NCBI RefSeq assembly: GCF_009914755.1
Contig: NC_060926.1
Direction: 5' to 3' (one strand)
Origin: the human T2T-CHM13v2.0 reference genome, Homo sapiens
DNA length: 64,000 nt
Below, in pieces: positions 28,493 to 43,244 of the stretch; the stretch's first letter is position 1; every line of letters starts with the position of its first letter. The position numbers and the translations under genes were made by a program. Below the pieces are notes generated by a model. That model was not told the origin of the DNA. It made no database searches and saw only the letters and a program-made list of their open reading frames with translations.

Positions 28493-28671
28493 TAGGGTTG
28501 CAGGTAAGATACAGGACACCGTTAAATTTGAACTTCAGATCAACTCTGTATAATATTTTGGTATAACTATGTTCCAAATATTGCATGTCACATAGTTATA
28601 AAGAATTATTTTTTCTGGAATTGAAACTTAAACAGTCATCTTGTATTTTTATCTCCTGTCTGGTAACCCCA
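28493..28671. mobile_element. MER53 palindromic MITE
   Basis: TIRs tagggttgc / ggtaacccc and inner inverted arms tataactatgt / acatagttata. Confidence 0.8.
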
Positions 28672-28887
28672 TGTAAGATGTTCAGGGAAGCCTAGACACA
28701 CAGACCAGAAAGTGATGTAGAATGTACAAGGCAAGGCAGTGAGGAATGATTCCAAGTTTTAGAGAGCCCAGGTCTTCCTTCTTGGAAATGGGTTAATACA
28801 TCCTCAAACCCTCTTCCCACCTCATCACTTTCATCATATCCCCCTCAGTTTGGGAGCATTTGTATATGAGAGCTTGTAGCCTGGCAG

Positions 28888-29183
28888 TTTTTTTTTGTTT
28901 GTTTGTTTGTTTGTTTGTTTGTTTTTTTTGGCAGGGTCTCACTCTGTTGCCCAGGCTGGAGTGCAGTGGCATGATCCCTGCTCACTGCAACCTCCCATTG
29001 CTGAGTTCAAGCGATTCTCGTGCCTCACCCTTTGGAGTAGCTGGGATTACAGGCACGCACTACCACACCCAGGTAATTTTTGTATTTTTAGTAGAGACAG
29101 GGTTTTGCTATGTTGGCCAGGCTGGTCTCGAACTCTTGATCTCAAGTGATCTGCCCTCCTCGGCCTCCCAATATGCTGGGATT
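28888..29183 (-). mobile_element. Alu (S/J), missing ~25 bp of its 5' end, (TTTG)n tail
   Basis: Antisense Alu ending abruptly at gctgggatta. Confidence 0.9.
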
Positions 29184-32100
29184 AAATCAAGTGCAAGATC
29201 CAAAATGTTACTAAAAAAGCTTTTCAGCTTTTTAGATTCTCTTAAAAATGCAAACAAACAGACAAAACAGTTTCTTAGAAAGAAGCCGGTTGCGTGCGAA
29301 CCGAGAAGTCTTGAAACCAAAAGAACTCCAAGTTCCCTGCCTGTGCTGAACACTATGGGGGTGGCACGTGCCCATCCAGGGCAAATCACAGGGGGAGAAG
29401 ATGAGGTTTCTTAACAGTACCACCTCTCACTTTTGGTATTTGTAATGGAGAACACAGACTTATATCACATGTGAAAATGAAACAATGGTTTAAAAAGTCA
29501 TGTCTCTGTGCTGGCTCTGGATGAGATGAGCCTTTTGAGAAGGCAGAGGCGTGCTCGGTGGGTTGGGCTCTGGGCATTTCTTCCCCTGCCAAGAAGCGAA
29601 ATGTCTTAGCTCCATGTGCGTTGATGATTACTAACTGGCCAGGGCTTACTGTAAGTGGGCTGTGCTCGGGGATCTCACCAGGAAGAAAAAGAATCAAACT
29701 AATCCCTTTCTGGAAACCGTCTCCCCCGGTTGCCTGGGCCACCTGTCCCAGATGCGCTCCTCTTTCCCAAGACTCTTGCTGTCTCCCCGCTGCCCCAGAA
29801 GCCTGCCTTTTCTCCAGCCCTGCATGGGACATTCTCCTGATGGCAGGGACCCATGAGAGGGGGGCTGGGTGAGCCTATGTGCTGTGAATGTGTTGGTGAG
29901 CCCTGGGGGAGGAGTCAGGGGAACCTGGGGAGCTGGGGGTCCACGTGTGAGGTCCCGGGCGTGGACCATGGAGAGCTGGTAGCCTTTGTTGACCATTGTA
30001 CAGACAGCGACAGGGGCTCCACATCACTTCAGCAGGCACGGTGACACACAGGACTCACTGGATGCTACGGTGTTAATCACACCACTGGTGCTTGCTGTAT
30101 CCTATGGCAACAGCAGCTCCTTGTTAATTCAGAGTAATGCTGGGGCAGGCCGTAGTCCAGGCCATCTCACACTGGCTAGGGCAAACCCTGGCTCAAGAGC
30201 ATCCTTGACTTATGGCCAAGCCTCAGGAACCTCTTGGCTGGCTCTCCAACATAGCCCACGCTAACCCAGTTTTGGAATCTGGTAGTGGGAAAACAGGGAA
30301 GCTCCAAAAAAAAAGTAACTCAGAGGTCAAGGTGAACCCTGAATGAGTCCATTAGATTCCACAATCAATATCCAGCTTCTAAACATTATACATATTGATG
30401 AGCTGATTGCTAGGAGACTAGTGCTGAGAGAGCTGAAATCTATTTTGCTGAGGCCAAATTGGCTGTTGATGGGCCATAGTAGACTATGGCTTTAATAATC
30501 AGGTAAAAAACACCCTGCCATCTGGTAAAACACAGCTTAAGCACATTGGAGCCCTGTGAGCTTTCCTAAAAGCTGGGCAAAGCAGGGCTTTCACCGGGCT
30601 CTGTGTATCCTGGCCCTGCAAGTCCTTTCTAAGGGGCTGAGGGCTGGCCGGGGCCCTAGCTGGGGAACCTCTGATGCTGGGAGGGTGGATGCCAGGTGGT
30701 GGAACACTGCAACTGTGATCTACAAAGATAGGATGTTTACTGAAGGGTAAATGGAGACCGGCCCATGCTCTTTATAGTCCCTGAACACACGTGTTGACCT
30801 GAACTGCTTACTCAACTCTGTACTCAGTTACAAATTGGGTGAGATGTGGCTCCCACAGTGGGAATAATTTCCTTGAAGGTCTTTACTCCAAGAGGTTCCC
30901 TGGGAGGAAGGATGTGCTTGTGCGGGGTATGGTGTCTGCCCACATGAAGGGCCGGGGTGGGCAGGCTATCTTCAGCGGTGATGCGCTTTCAACCCTCCTC
31001 CCCTACCCACATGACCCGGGTATGGAGCGTGGGTTGGTATCATGATAGCATGCTGGAATCTAACATGAATTATCCTAACTTGGTAGACCCAGATGCAGCG
31101 GCTTTCCTGCTCCCCGCAACTCTGCCTGACACATTGCTGGAGCTAGGGAGGGAAAGCCGCTAGCTGATTGCTAAGACCTAGGTGAAGAATCTCAACCACC
31201 TGGCCTACTGGGCATCTTCTGGTCATTTGGATCACCGCTGGTGTGCTGGTGCTGAGTCCAGGAGGCTGCACTGCTCACAGGGCATAGGCAGCTCTGCTTG
31301 GGGCAAGACATTGCCAAGGTGCAGAGAACAGGTTTCTGGAGGCAGGAAGTCAAAGGCAATTGGGTTAATTAAACCCCTGTGGATCTTCAGCTGCAGAATT
31401 GCTGTGAGGTACTCTGAAGACTTAAAGTTGTACATTTACTAAAGCAAAAACGGAACACCCACAGTTAAACCAAGACAAGTCCTTTCTACCTGTGGTGCTA
31501 TGCATGGCTCTAATTCAAGGGCAGGGAAGAGGGGGACGGGTTTCCAGTGTCTCCCCAAACACCTTTCCTCTGGTTTTGAGCATGGGCCTGTCTGATGGGA
31601 TTCCAGGGCCGTCCTTTGATCTTACCTCTGCTGGGTTAGGTTGGGGGAAGCTATCTCTGCCTTGACAGGGTGATGCTCCCCTCTACTCATGTGCTCTGTG
31701 TGGGAGGCAGCAGGAACCAAGGTCTTGATCTGTTGCTGCTGGCCCACCCTCCATCAGGCGGCAGCTCTGGGCATCAATGTGCCGGCAGCTTCTGAGGTGC
31801 CTGCTGTATGTGCCTACCCTGCAGAGGCCTGGGGCCAGCACTGATGGGAACTTCTGTTTGATACTCAGAACATCTTCAGAGATGGGTCACACCCTGCGCT
31901 TGGCTGGGACAGTGTTTCATGGGCTTCTCCTGCCGCCCTTCTTTAAGGAGCTGCATTGTGAGTGTGGGCCCAGAGAACACAGTAGGAGAGAAATGCAGTG
32001 TCTCCCCATAATCCCCTGCAGGGACCAGGCTGGATGGGGCCCCAGTTGCTCCAAAATTAGGCGTCGGAGGTCTAAGTGGTATAGACGGAAGGAAGGCGGT

Positions 32101-33504
32101 CAGAGGGTACACGCTCCATGTTAAATTTCTGAGGAGCAAAGGTAAAATGCCAGGATTGCTGACATGATCAGGCCAGTGATGGAAAGAAAGCCCGAGAGAA
32201 GAGAAAAATGAAGCTTTAACTATCACAGAGCATCTGACTGAGAATAAAAAGATTTTAAGTGGACTGGCAGTTGGCAAAGGAAAAAATAAATCAGCCCCCT
32301 ATTGAGTGACTTTCAGGAATGAGAGGCAGGCAAATTGGATATTGAGGAAATATCTGAATGCACTGGATTGTGTCTGGGTTCAAAAGCCAAGAACATCTGC
32401 GAGTCCTGCATTGCATTTGCTGAATAGCTGTTGGGGTAACACTCCTGTGAACAAAACCAAGACGAGTTTTGTCCCTGCCACAGAGGTAACAATGGACGAA
32501 GCACACTTCTGAGGGCGTCATCGCAGGCCCTGTTCATCTCTCCGGGCAGTGGCATAGCAGGCAGTGAGCGTGTGCCCAAGCCTGCTTCCCATGTCACGTG
32601 TGTCATTTTCCCAGTGCCAATCATCGTGGTCCGCATTCTATGGACTGTTCTGTCCAGGGAGAAGGAGCATGAGCCCACATCTGCCGTGGCCACCTCTCCA
32701 AGGCCAAGTGGAGCACAGCACCACTGCGCAGCTGTAGTACCTGAGGGCGTGACTGAGCCAATGGCCACCTCTGGGTCTCTGCTGCCTCCTTCTGAAGTGG
32801 GTGTCATAGCAGTCCCTACTTCACAGCCTCACCGTGCCCATCCTCTGAGCTAATAATACTTGCCGAGTGCTGAGAACAGTGCCTGGTATCTATGTTAAAC
32901 AAAACGCCTTGTCCAGAATGATCTCCCATGCCCCTCCCAGTTTTCACCTTCTAGGATTCTGTCCGACTTCATCCTTTTCAAATCTCTGAAGTGGGGAGGG
33001 CGATTATCACCCCATTTTTGAGACGGGGGAAGCAGAAGACCTTTGAGGCATTTTCCAGAGTGTGAGTGGCTGGTTAATGGATGGGCAGGAATGGAAGTCA
33101 AGACTCCAGGCCCTTGATCATACCGCTGGCCAAGGGGAAGGAATTATATCTCAGTCATGTGGCCCCTCACTGTGCCTCTGTTTACCCTTTACCTCCCTCA
33201 GTTTCCCAGTCTCATCATTGGCCCTATGGATCTGCTTCTCAGGCACAGGTTGAAGGGAAAGAAACATGATAAAATAACTCCTAGGCACTGGGAAGAAGCA
33301 AGTGCTGAAGAGGCAGCTGCAGGCATTGCAGGCCAGGCAATACACAGCCAGAAACGGACCAGGAGCAAGGACCCTAGGGTTTAGAGACTTGAAGACCCAG
33401 TCTGCTCCCAAACGCTAAGTAAGTGTGACTGGAAGCGACTGCTCCACTCTCTCTCGCCCATTGGACAAAGGATTAGCCAATGGGAAAGATGCATTGTGTT
33501 AGGA

Positions 33505-33606
33505 TGCAGATTCTGACTCAGTGGGTGACCATGTGGCTGTGGCTTCTGCATTTCAAACCAGCTCCTGGTCTTGCCGATGCTGCTGTTTGTGGACCTCATC
33601 TGAGGG
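33505..33606. mobile_element. MER5A fragment
   Basis: agattctgactcagtggg...tctgcatttcaaaccagctcc...gatgctgctgtttgtggacc. Confidence 0.6.
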
Positions 33607-35504
33607 GCAAGGGTCCTGAGGATGCACTGGTATAGCCTGGATATCTTTCCCATCAAAAGCCATGACTCATTGTGAATGAGTCCTGTGTTCTTCTCACACT
33701 CAGGTTTCTCAACACTAGCTGGATAGGAAAGACTGGAAGAGGCCGATAAGGTCCCACTGGGGCAATGTGGAGGATCTCTCCGGGAGAATGTTGCCTCAGT
33801 TTCCCTGTGTGAGAAGGATTATCCTCCAGGGTGGGCAAAACCACAGAGATGGGGGCAGACAGGCTGTACAGTGGGCAGATTCATACCCCTCTCCTTCCTC
33901 TGAGCCCCGCAGTCCTCTATTCTGGCAGCTTTCTACTTAGCACTCTGATTTCTATGTCTAATCGATTGGCCACTCTTTGCGCCACATAAAAATGCGTGAC
34001 TGAGCCTTGACCTTGAAGTCAGCCAGTCATGGAGACTTCTTTCACCATCTGTTTTTGAACTTAGAAAAAGATTGGCAGAGAAAAACACCAAACAGTTTTG
34101 CTAAAATAACGTCATTAGTCATGCAACTTATTTGCATTAAATCCTGCATTTATTAGTAATAGTACCACTTCCTTCAATTCGCAGATTATATTGTCTCACA
34201 AAGCACTTTCATGGTCATTATTTTATTTGATATTCAAAATGCCATTATAAGATGAACGAAGATTATTGTCCCCAAGAAAGGAAGGCTCCAATTGGTTTAT
34301 GAGTTTGCCAAGTATTACGAGGTGGTAGGCACCAGAAGGGGGATGTGGATGTTCATTTTCTCATTAGAGCTGATATTAACAATTCAACAGACTTGCCAGT
34401 ACTGTGCATCATAATCTCCCCCATCCCAAACATTATGATTCCATTCCAAGGGAAGTTGTTAAGGGGTGGCCAGCCTATAGCTAAGCTAAGACTATTCCTG
34501 AAATGATATTGGTTGTATTGTTCCTAAAGGGCATAGTTGAGAATGCTCTGAAATTTAGAAAGTTGTTAAAATAGCAAATAAACAAAGCTAACAAAAATCA
34601 GCGAAAATAAAACCTTAGGGAACAAGCTAGCAAGTGTGTTCTAAATTATTCTTCCTCATCCCCTACCCCCATTCTGTGCTTAGTTTTCCTGGTGAGGCTA
34701 CCGTTTCACAGTGAGGCATTTAGAAAAGCCTTCCAGGCAGGAGTCAGTGAGTCAGTGCTTCCTGGACTTGTTCCTAGAACATCCCTTCCAGGTCACCATA
34801 CCTGTCTCTTTCCTTCAGGCAGGTATTCCAAGCCACTGCCCATGACAAGGTGGGGCAGACACGTGGCCAACAACTTAATTTTCCCCAAACCTTATTTAGG
34901 CTCTAGTTCCACATGCTGCTTGGGGTTGCCATGGAGACAGTCTACTGCCTTCTCCCTCAAATAGAACCGGAATCACACTTCTGCTTATGTGCAAGGTAGA
35001 AGTGACAGAGTGGCATTTCTGTAAATGGCCCTTTCCAGTAAACTCACCGCCCCCCCCCAGCCAAGTGCCCAGGAATGTGTGACCAGGATACCTCAACTCA
35101 TGCTACAAGGTACTTAATGCAAAATAAGACACCTAATAACAATGACGTGTAGTTCCATTTGTAGTTAATGATTCTAAAAATGCCACTGCTAAATTGCTGT
35201 TAAGAAAAACATCCCATGTAACTGGAGCCTCACCTTAAGTGTCTCTGAAGGCCATTGTCACTGTGAACTGGTTGTTCTTGAGTCCCAGTGGCTGTGTGCA
35301 GAGTTCCAGACTAGGAGTAACTGGGAAATGGAAGGAGGAGGTGGTGAGGAATCTAAAGGGTGCTAAGACAGGAAGCCCACCCTGAAAACACTTGCCATCC
35401 AGTGGGGAGACATCCGTGTCCACAATCATGTTTTCTCTAGCCTAGTACTACTTTGGGGGTGTGAGTTGCACGATAGAAAGGATAACCTGGGAGCACCTTA
35501 CATG

Positions 35505-35695
35505 GGAGTAGGCTAGGGTTCAAACCCTAACTTCTCTGGTTATTAGCTCAGGGCCTTTGGGTGAGGTTCTTGGTATCTCCAAGCCTTGGTTACTTCACAC
35601 TTCCTAAACAAGTTTGTTATGATCATTAAATGAAGTGTTATCTGTTGGATAGCCCAGCTCAGTGTCTCACAGCAGGGGCTCAGTAAACACTAGAT
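35505..35695 (+). mobile_element. MIR
   Basis: gggttcaaaccctaac...gttatgatcattaaatgaag...gggctcagtaaac. Confidence 0.6.
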
Positions 35696-38160
35696 TCTTT
35701 CCTTAACTATTTCCTACCTATTGGAGGTAGGCGGGTCCATGGTGAACAGGGAGGAAAGATGGTTCCAAGGGTGGGAGAGAACCTAGCCAAGGTTAGGGGG
35801 CTAGAGCTGCAGGCCTGGCAGGGGGCGGTGAGCAGTCCAGGATGTGCTGGACAGAGTCCCACGCTGGTCCTGCTGTGCAGCAAACCGTACAACTTGAAGG
35901 CCTGGCAAGCAGAGCGTGCCGTGGCAAGTTTGCTGAGTGTCTTGGGTGTGTAGGAGGAGAATGGGAGACTGGGGAATGGAAAACAGGGCAAGAAGGGATG
36001 CTGATCACAAAGTGAAAAATGGGAACCACTACTCACGGGCTTTTTCAATGGAGAGGTGGACTGATTGCATTGAGCAGCTGCCATGTGCAGGCCTTTGTTT
36101 CAAACCCTAGCAAAGGCTTGAGCATTCTGCATTTACCCAGGAGATACTGACCACTGGCATTTTCAGCCTAAAGGGTTTTTCTTTACAAATTTCCAGGGGA
36201 AATGCTTATCAATCAACATTAGGAAGAGCTGGGTTTATTTTTAAGTTGTTTTTTCCCACTGACACCTGTCTAGCCCCACTGTTGCACAACCTTCCCTACC
36301 TTTCTTCTCAGGAAAGGGAATCACTGAGAATACAAACCAGGGCTAGACAGCATGTGCACTGCACTGGACGGGAGTGTTTCACCTGCTCAGAAATGCTGCA
36401 TTATGCATGCAGAGCATTGCAGAGTCTCTTGAGGGTCCAAAAATCCCAGATGTGGCTTGAAGCAGCTGTGACTATTTCCAGGAGGCCATACCTCTGGGCT
36501 AAACATGGTCCCTTTCCCCTGAACCCTAGAGACCAGATGAGAAATTGCTTTGAAAGAATATTCTTTGTTAGTCCTGGATGTAGGCAGAGGGATGGGCTGA
36601 TTGTATGACTCCTCAGTCTCTGTCAGTCCATTTTCTATGACTTTAGGAATGCCCCAGACCTGAAGATAACTGAGTTGGTCATGTTACCTGGCTTCAAGGA
36701 AGCTGGAGGGATTGCCCCACAACGGTCACAGGTGACAAAGGTGAGCTGGGCCTGCATTTAGTTCTATACTGCCACTTGCTAGCCTTGTTATTTTACCTTC
36801 TCTAGGCTTTCATTTTTTGATAAGGGCAGATAACTTATGATTTCCATACCTACCTGGTAGGATTGTTATGAGAATTAATGGCGATAGTGTGTGTCCTGGT
36901 CTCTGGTAAATCTTAACAGGTGCTGGTATGTCAGCCGCTGCTGCTTGTTGTGGTGGTGGTATTTTATTGTGTTGTTGTTGTCTTTATTTAGAATGAAAAG
37001 CTAGAAAAAAGTTTTCATTTTTTTCTAGCTTGGGAGAATGTTTCCCACGCATTCTGGTAGTGGAGTTTCAGGGTCTTTCTCTTTCCCCAGTTCTTCTAGT
37101 GTAGCAGTCATAGCTACGCCCCTCTCATAGAACTGGGGAGAGAAGAACAATACCAGGAACGATGGCAACCATTTGTTTTTCAAAGTACTTTGATAATCCC
37201 TGGAGTCTCTACAACACTCTGAAGATAGGCAGGGAAGGTGTTATCCCGTGACAGAGTTGAGATAAGGGGTCAATGTCCAGCCTGGAGCTAAATGGCTAAT
37301 CAGTAATAGATAGAGGGCCCCAGGATCCACATCTCTGCAGCTGCAGGGCCTGGGCACTGCCCTGGTGGTGAGCTCCAGGTACAAGGAGGGTGAGAGAGGA
37401 AGAAAAGCACACGTTGCCATCATCCCGGGCCTGCTTAGCCTTCACTTGGTGGAGAAGGAGTGCTTTGCCTTGGGAGTGGGTGGGGGCTGGGGTTCTGCCA
37501 CACACTGCAGGGCCTTGATTGGGGAAGGCTGAGGCTCACAGCTGGAGCCTTCATCAGAGGAGAAGGCTTCTGACAGCTCCTGGCAGTTGAAATAATTCAG
37601 GAGGCTGGAAGGAGCCAACCTGGGGACCATGAGAGACAGGTTCTGCAGGTGGCATGGAGTGGACTTAGGAACGCACCTTAGAAGCGCATCTCACCGAAAA
37701 TCTGCACTGGAGCAGCCAGGTAGAACTTGGAGGCTTCTAACACAGTAGATTACAAAGGAAAAGCTTTTGAGAGAAGGGTCTGTCATTTGGAAATGACAAA
37801 ATAGACTTAGTTCCAGGGTCTGGGGCCACATGTACATTTGCAGTCAGCTGCCTAGGAGCCTCCTGGGGACCACCATCCAACCCACGCCAGAGCCCAGAAT
37901 GAAGTCCTGATGGAGTTCAAGCCCATACCTTATGGGGCCATTCTGAGGACACAGTGGTTCCATAGTGACATTATCAAAAATATCTGGAACTGGTGGTCAG
38001 GAGTCACTCAGTGAGGGAGCTAAACAAGTACCACCATCAAGTGTATCTTCTCTAAGCTCCAGACTTATGGAAAAGTAAGGTGGTGTCTTGACTACTTTGT
38101 GTGAGAAGGTGCTGTCAGAGAGCAGGAGATTCTCCTCAGAGTGTTTTGACTAGACAAGCT

Positions 38161-38525
<365 letters not shown>

Positions 38526-39944
38526 TAAATGACTCTTAGTTCCGGTATCTGGAAAAGGGGCCTCATGTACCTTTGAGAGCTGCTTCAAGTCTTGTCGCCT
38601 GGCCTGATCTCTCCAACCCTAGTTTTTGGGGCTTCTGGCTGAAAGACCTTCTTCAGCATTAGTAAACCAGTTTTTCTGTCTATCCATGCATATGTTCACT
38701 CACTCACTTGAACAAATAATAAATTGAGTGCATTCCAAGGCTGCTGGGAATATAACCTGCAGACATTGTCCCTGCCATCCAGGTGTCTAGTGTGTAGTCA
38801 GGGAGAGGAGCCAGTGTATAAACAGACACATTACAGCCCAACACAATGTGACCTCTCATCCACGATGATTCTAGGACTTCCCTTGTAAGGAATCCTGCCC
38901 AAACTGGAGTGTCTGTTCCTCAAGTCTTAGAAAAACAAGAATTTGTACCCTCCTTTCTTTTTATCCTCGATGCAGAATTTACTGAGATTTTATTTGTGGC
39001 CTACAAACTTAATGGAGCCTAGTACTTTTCTTCCTGGATTGAAACCGTTAACAATGTCAAGAGCTCTTAGCAGATACAGCTCTACATGTGTAGCAAAGTG
39101 TGATTCACATTCTAGTCTTCACATAACTTACTGATGACTTAAATTACGTGGAAGCATACAATATCATGCTAGGTGCTATGAAGGCATTAAGGAGTTTATA
39201 ATTAGGAAGATAAATTCATATGTGAATTCAAAAAAATAACAATGCAAGCCAGGTGGAGGGTAAATGCTGGAGTGTCTAGAATAGCTAATAAGATGGGTGG
39301 ACGATATGTCCAGTGACTGAATATGGAACACCAGAGGCAGGGATGAGCAAGCTCTGTTTGGACATGTGGACTTGGATGTGTCTCAACGATGTGTGGTCCA
39401 GAGGGCTGGTGGCTCCCTGGGTCTGGAGCTCAGGAGTGTTCTGTGCTGTAGATCTAGATTTAGGAATTGTGGCATGTAGGTAGCCATGGTGGTCCAGGAA
39501 GTGTGCGAGACTGATAACTATTTCTTTGCTCTTTGGTTTGGGAACCAGTCCCTACCTCCATGTTTTCTCTCACTCCACCAGGCTGATCGTCCCCCATCTG
39601 CTTCCTAGGTTCCTCTTCCTCTCCCTGGACCATGCATTTAGAGCTTCCTCAGCAGGTTCTTTCTACACATGTTAAAGTCAATGAACCATAATCTGATTAG
39701 AAATTTTAAAGAGTCCATAAAGTCTTTCATTGATGGCAAGTTAATCAAGTGTTGCTTTTATTGGTTTGGCATACATAGGAAGTAATGAATGCCATGTATA
39801 GCTATGTAGGAGCACTCAGCTGTTGGGGAGTGATCCATGCATACGTAATAGGGAACTCTTTCTTGGTTTTCCCACAAAACCCCACTTTCTCTTACTATCA
39901 ACTGCTGAAAAAAAGTATCCTTTTGCTAGAACTTTCCATATTGT

Positions 39945-40213
<269 letters not shown>

Positions 40214-41246
40214 TGACATTTTTGTTCTTTCCACCTGATGATTTTTTGCAAAATAATATAATGAAGGAGTAAGGCATGCTGTTCTTTCAGCCCAATGAGT
40301 CTCTATTTTTTTGTTTCATTTTTTAGTAATTAATAGATTTAAGTATTTAATGCATCTGTTCTTAGCTTCTAAGCACATCTTTAAGATCGATGGCATGAAC
40401 TTCCAAGAACAAAGGGTTTAAATATTAATAGGATTGGGAATCAGCTGTTTTGTATGAGTATTTTAGAATTTCCCAAAGCTCCAGTGAACCCTAAAGAATT
40501 CAGCCTCCTTATCTTTAGAGATTTAGGTTATTTTGGGTCTTTCCAGGAGCAAGTTGTTTCTACCTGAGGAGTAGACAAAGGACAAATGAAAGGTCCTGAG
40601 GCCTCCTAGAGGCAGATGTAGATTTTCAAGTATCTCAAAGTTCTATCAAATTCGTATGATCTTTTTCTCATTTGCCTTTAGCTCAGCAGAGCGTGGTGCT
40701 GGTGGAGCTCAGTCGCGGCCTTGTTTTGGTGCTGGTTGATTCACATGTGCCCTTGGTCTCATGTACAGACATGACCTGACTAGAAGTCACTCAGTAACTG
40801 GCTGGACCAGGATGAGAGAAGCCAGTTCTTAGTTCCCAAGCATCCTCCTCTCCCACTGTCCCACAAGTGATACACACCTGCAGTCACAGGTGGATTTAAG
40901 GAACCTGAGAGAGAAATCGGGGTATCTCTTCCACTGAGATGAATTATGCAGCATCTACATCCCCTCAACACAGACTTGTAATCAGGGAGAAAAATTTGTC
41001 TGGGTAGGGAGCCTTGAAAATTGGTGGTAGAACTTGGAGAGTTTAGGATGGCTCTAGGGCTCAAGAGAGAGATGGTGGTATGAGGAAGGAACTCTAAGGA
41101 CATTGAGAAGGGTGTGGTGTCTGATGGATTTCATGTTAGTCTTTTCTATCTCTACTTACTTTTCCTTTAAAATTTTCTAAAATGTAGTATCTTTATGACA
41201 GGAGAGAGAACTAGTTCTTCTATATTCTTCTATATGCACTGAGAAA

Positions 41247-41549
41247 TTTTTTTTTTTTTTTTTTAGACAGGGTCTAGATCTATCATGCAGGCTGGAGTGT
41301 AGTGGTGTGAACACGGCTCACTGCAGTCCTGACCTCCTTATCTCAAGCAATCATCCCATCTCAGCTTCTCAAGTAGCTGGGACTAGAGGTGTGCACCACC
41401 ACACCTGGCTAATTAAAAAAAAAATTTCATGTGTGGAGATGGGGGTCTCACTGTTGCCCAGGATGGTCTTTTAATTCCTGAGCTCAAGTGATCCTCCTGC
41501 TTTGATCTTTCAAAGTGCTGTGATTGTAGGTGTGAGCCATTGCACCCAA
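41247..41549 (-). mobile_element. AluJ
   Basis: Diverged antisense Alu with poly-T. Confidence 0.88.
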
Positions 41550-41757
41550 TGAAATAAGCCATTTCTTATTTGGCAAAGTCTGCAGATCATCTTTTATTTG
41601 AGCAATTTTGACATCCTCTCAAATTGAGTATTTCTTTAGCCAATCGGGAATCTTGGGTGTTCTGATCTCTTAGATTACAGTACATTTAAAAGAGCATACA
41701 GTCTAAACACAATAAAGCCCGATTACAGAGTGTCTTGTTCATACATTTACATCCTAC

Positions 41758-43244
41758 TGTGTCCGGAATTGGTGGGTTCTTGATCTCACTGACTTCAAGA
41801 ATGAAGCCGTGGACCCTCACGCTGAGTGTTACAGCTCTTAAGGTGACGCGTCTGGAGTTTGTTCCTTCTGATGTTTGGATGTGTTCGGAGTTTCTTCTTT
41901 CTGGTGGGTTCGTGGTCTCACCGGCTCAGGAGTGAAACTGCAGACCTTCCCAGTGTTACAGCTCATAAAGGCAGTGTGGACCCAAAGAGTGAGCAGCAGC
42001 AGGATTTATTGCAAAGAGTGAAAGAACAAACCTTCCACAGTGTGGAAGGGGACTCCAGCAGGTTACCACTGCTGGCTCAGGCAGCCTGCTTTTATTCTCT
42101 TATCTGGCCCCACCCACATCCTGCTGATTGGTAGAGCCCAGTGGTCTGTTTTGACAGGGCGCTGATTGGTGCGTTTACAATCCCTGAGCTAGACACAAAA
42201 GTTTTCCACGTCCCCACCAGATTAGCTAGATACAGAGTGTCCACACAAAGGTTCTCCAAGTCGCCGCCAGAGTAGCTAGATACAGAGTGTCAATTGGTGC
42301 GTTCACAAACCCTGAGCTAGACATAGGGTGCTGATTGGTGTGTTTACAAACCTTGAGCTAGATACAGAGTGCCAATTGGTGTATTTACAATCCCTGAGCT
42401 AGACATTAAGGTTCTGCAAGGCCCCACCAGAGTAGCTAGATACAGAGTGTCAATTGGTGCATTCACAAACCCTGAGCTAGACACAGGGTGCTGATTGGTG
42501 TGTTTACAAACCTTGAGCTAGATACAGAGTGCCGATTGGTGTATTTACAATTCCTGAGCTAGACATAAAGGTTCTCCACGTCCCCACCAGATTCAGGAGC
42601 CCAGCTGGCTTCACCCAGTGGATCCCGCACTGGGGCTGCAGGTGGAGCTGCCTGCCAGTCCCGTGCCATGCGCCCGCACTCCTCAGCCCTTGGGTGGTCG
42701 ATGGGACTGGGCGCCGTGGAGCAGGGGGCGGCGCTCGTCGGGGAGGCTCCGGCCGCACGGGAGCTCACGGTCGGGGGTGGGAGGCTCAGGCATGGTGGGC
42801 TGCAGGTCCCGAGCCCTGCCCCGCGGGAAGGCAGCTAAGGCCCGGCGAGAAATCGAGCGCAGCGCCCGTGGGCCGGCACTGCTGGGGGACCCAGTACACC
42901 CTCCGCAGCCGCTGGCCCGGTGCTAAGCCCCTCATTGCCCAGGGCTGGCAGGGCCGGCGGCCGGCTGCTCCGAGTGCGGGGCCCGCCAAGCCCACGCCCA
43001 CCCGGAACTCTAGCTGGCCCGCTAGCGCCGCGCGCAGCCCCGGTTCCCGCTGGCGCCTCTCCCTCCACACCTCCCTGCAACCTGAGGGAGCCGGCTCCGG
43101 CCTTGGCCAGCCCAGAAAGGGGCTCCCAGAGTGCAGTGGTGGGCTGAAGGGCTCCTCAAATGCCGCCAGAGTGGGAGCCCAGGCAGAGGAGGCACCGAGA
43201 GCGAGCGAGGGCTGTGAGGACTGCCAGCACGCTGTCACCTCTCG
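41758..43244 (-). mobile_element. LTR12C (HERV9) solo LTR
   Basis: Characteristic termini tgtgtccggaattggtgggttcttg and ctgccagcacgctgtcacctctc, 4-bp TSD CTAC (41754-41757 / 43245-43248), internal tandem gattgg/gctagata repeats and a GC/CpG-rich U3 portion. Confidence 0.95.
42120..42590 (-). promoter_or_regulatory. LTR12C U3 tandem enhancer repeats (CCAAT/NF-Y and GATA motifs)
   Basis: Eight ATTGG occurrences (about 42127, 42165, 42293, 42334, 42375, 42453, 42494, 42535) interleaved with agctagatacag. Confidence 0.8.

Noticed and set aside
28860-29414. 184-aa ORF and other ORFs containing [19 protein letters not shown]
   Set aside because: These are translations of Alu sequence.
42120-42590. 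Regularly spaced repeats superficially like a CRISPR array
   Set aside because: The spacers are themselves repeated, there are no cas genes, and this is the known LTR12 U3 tandem repeat in primate DNA.
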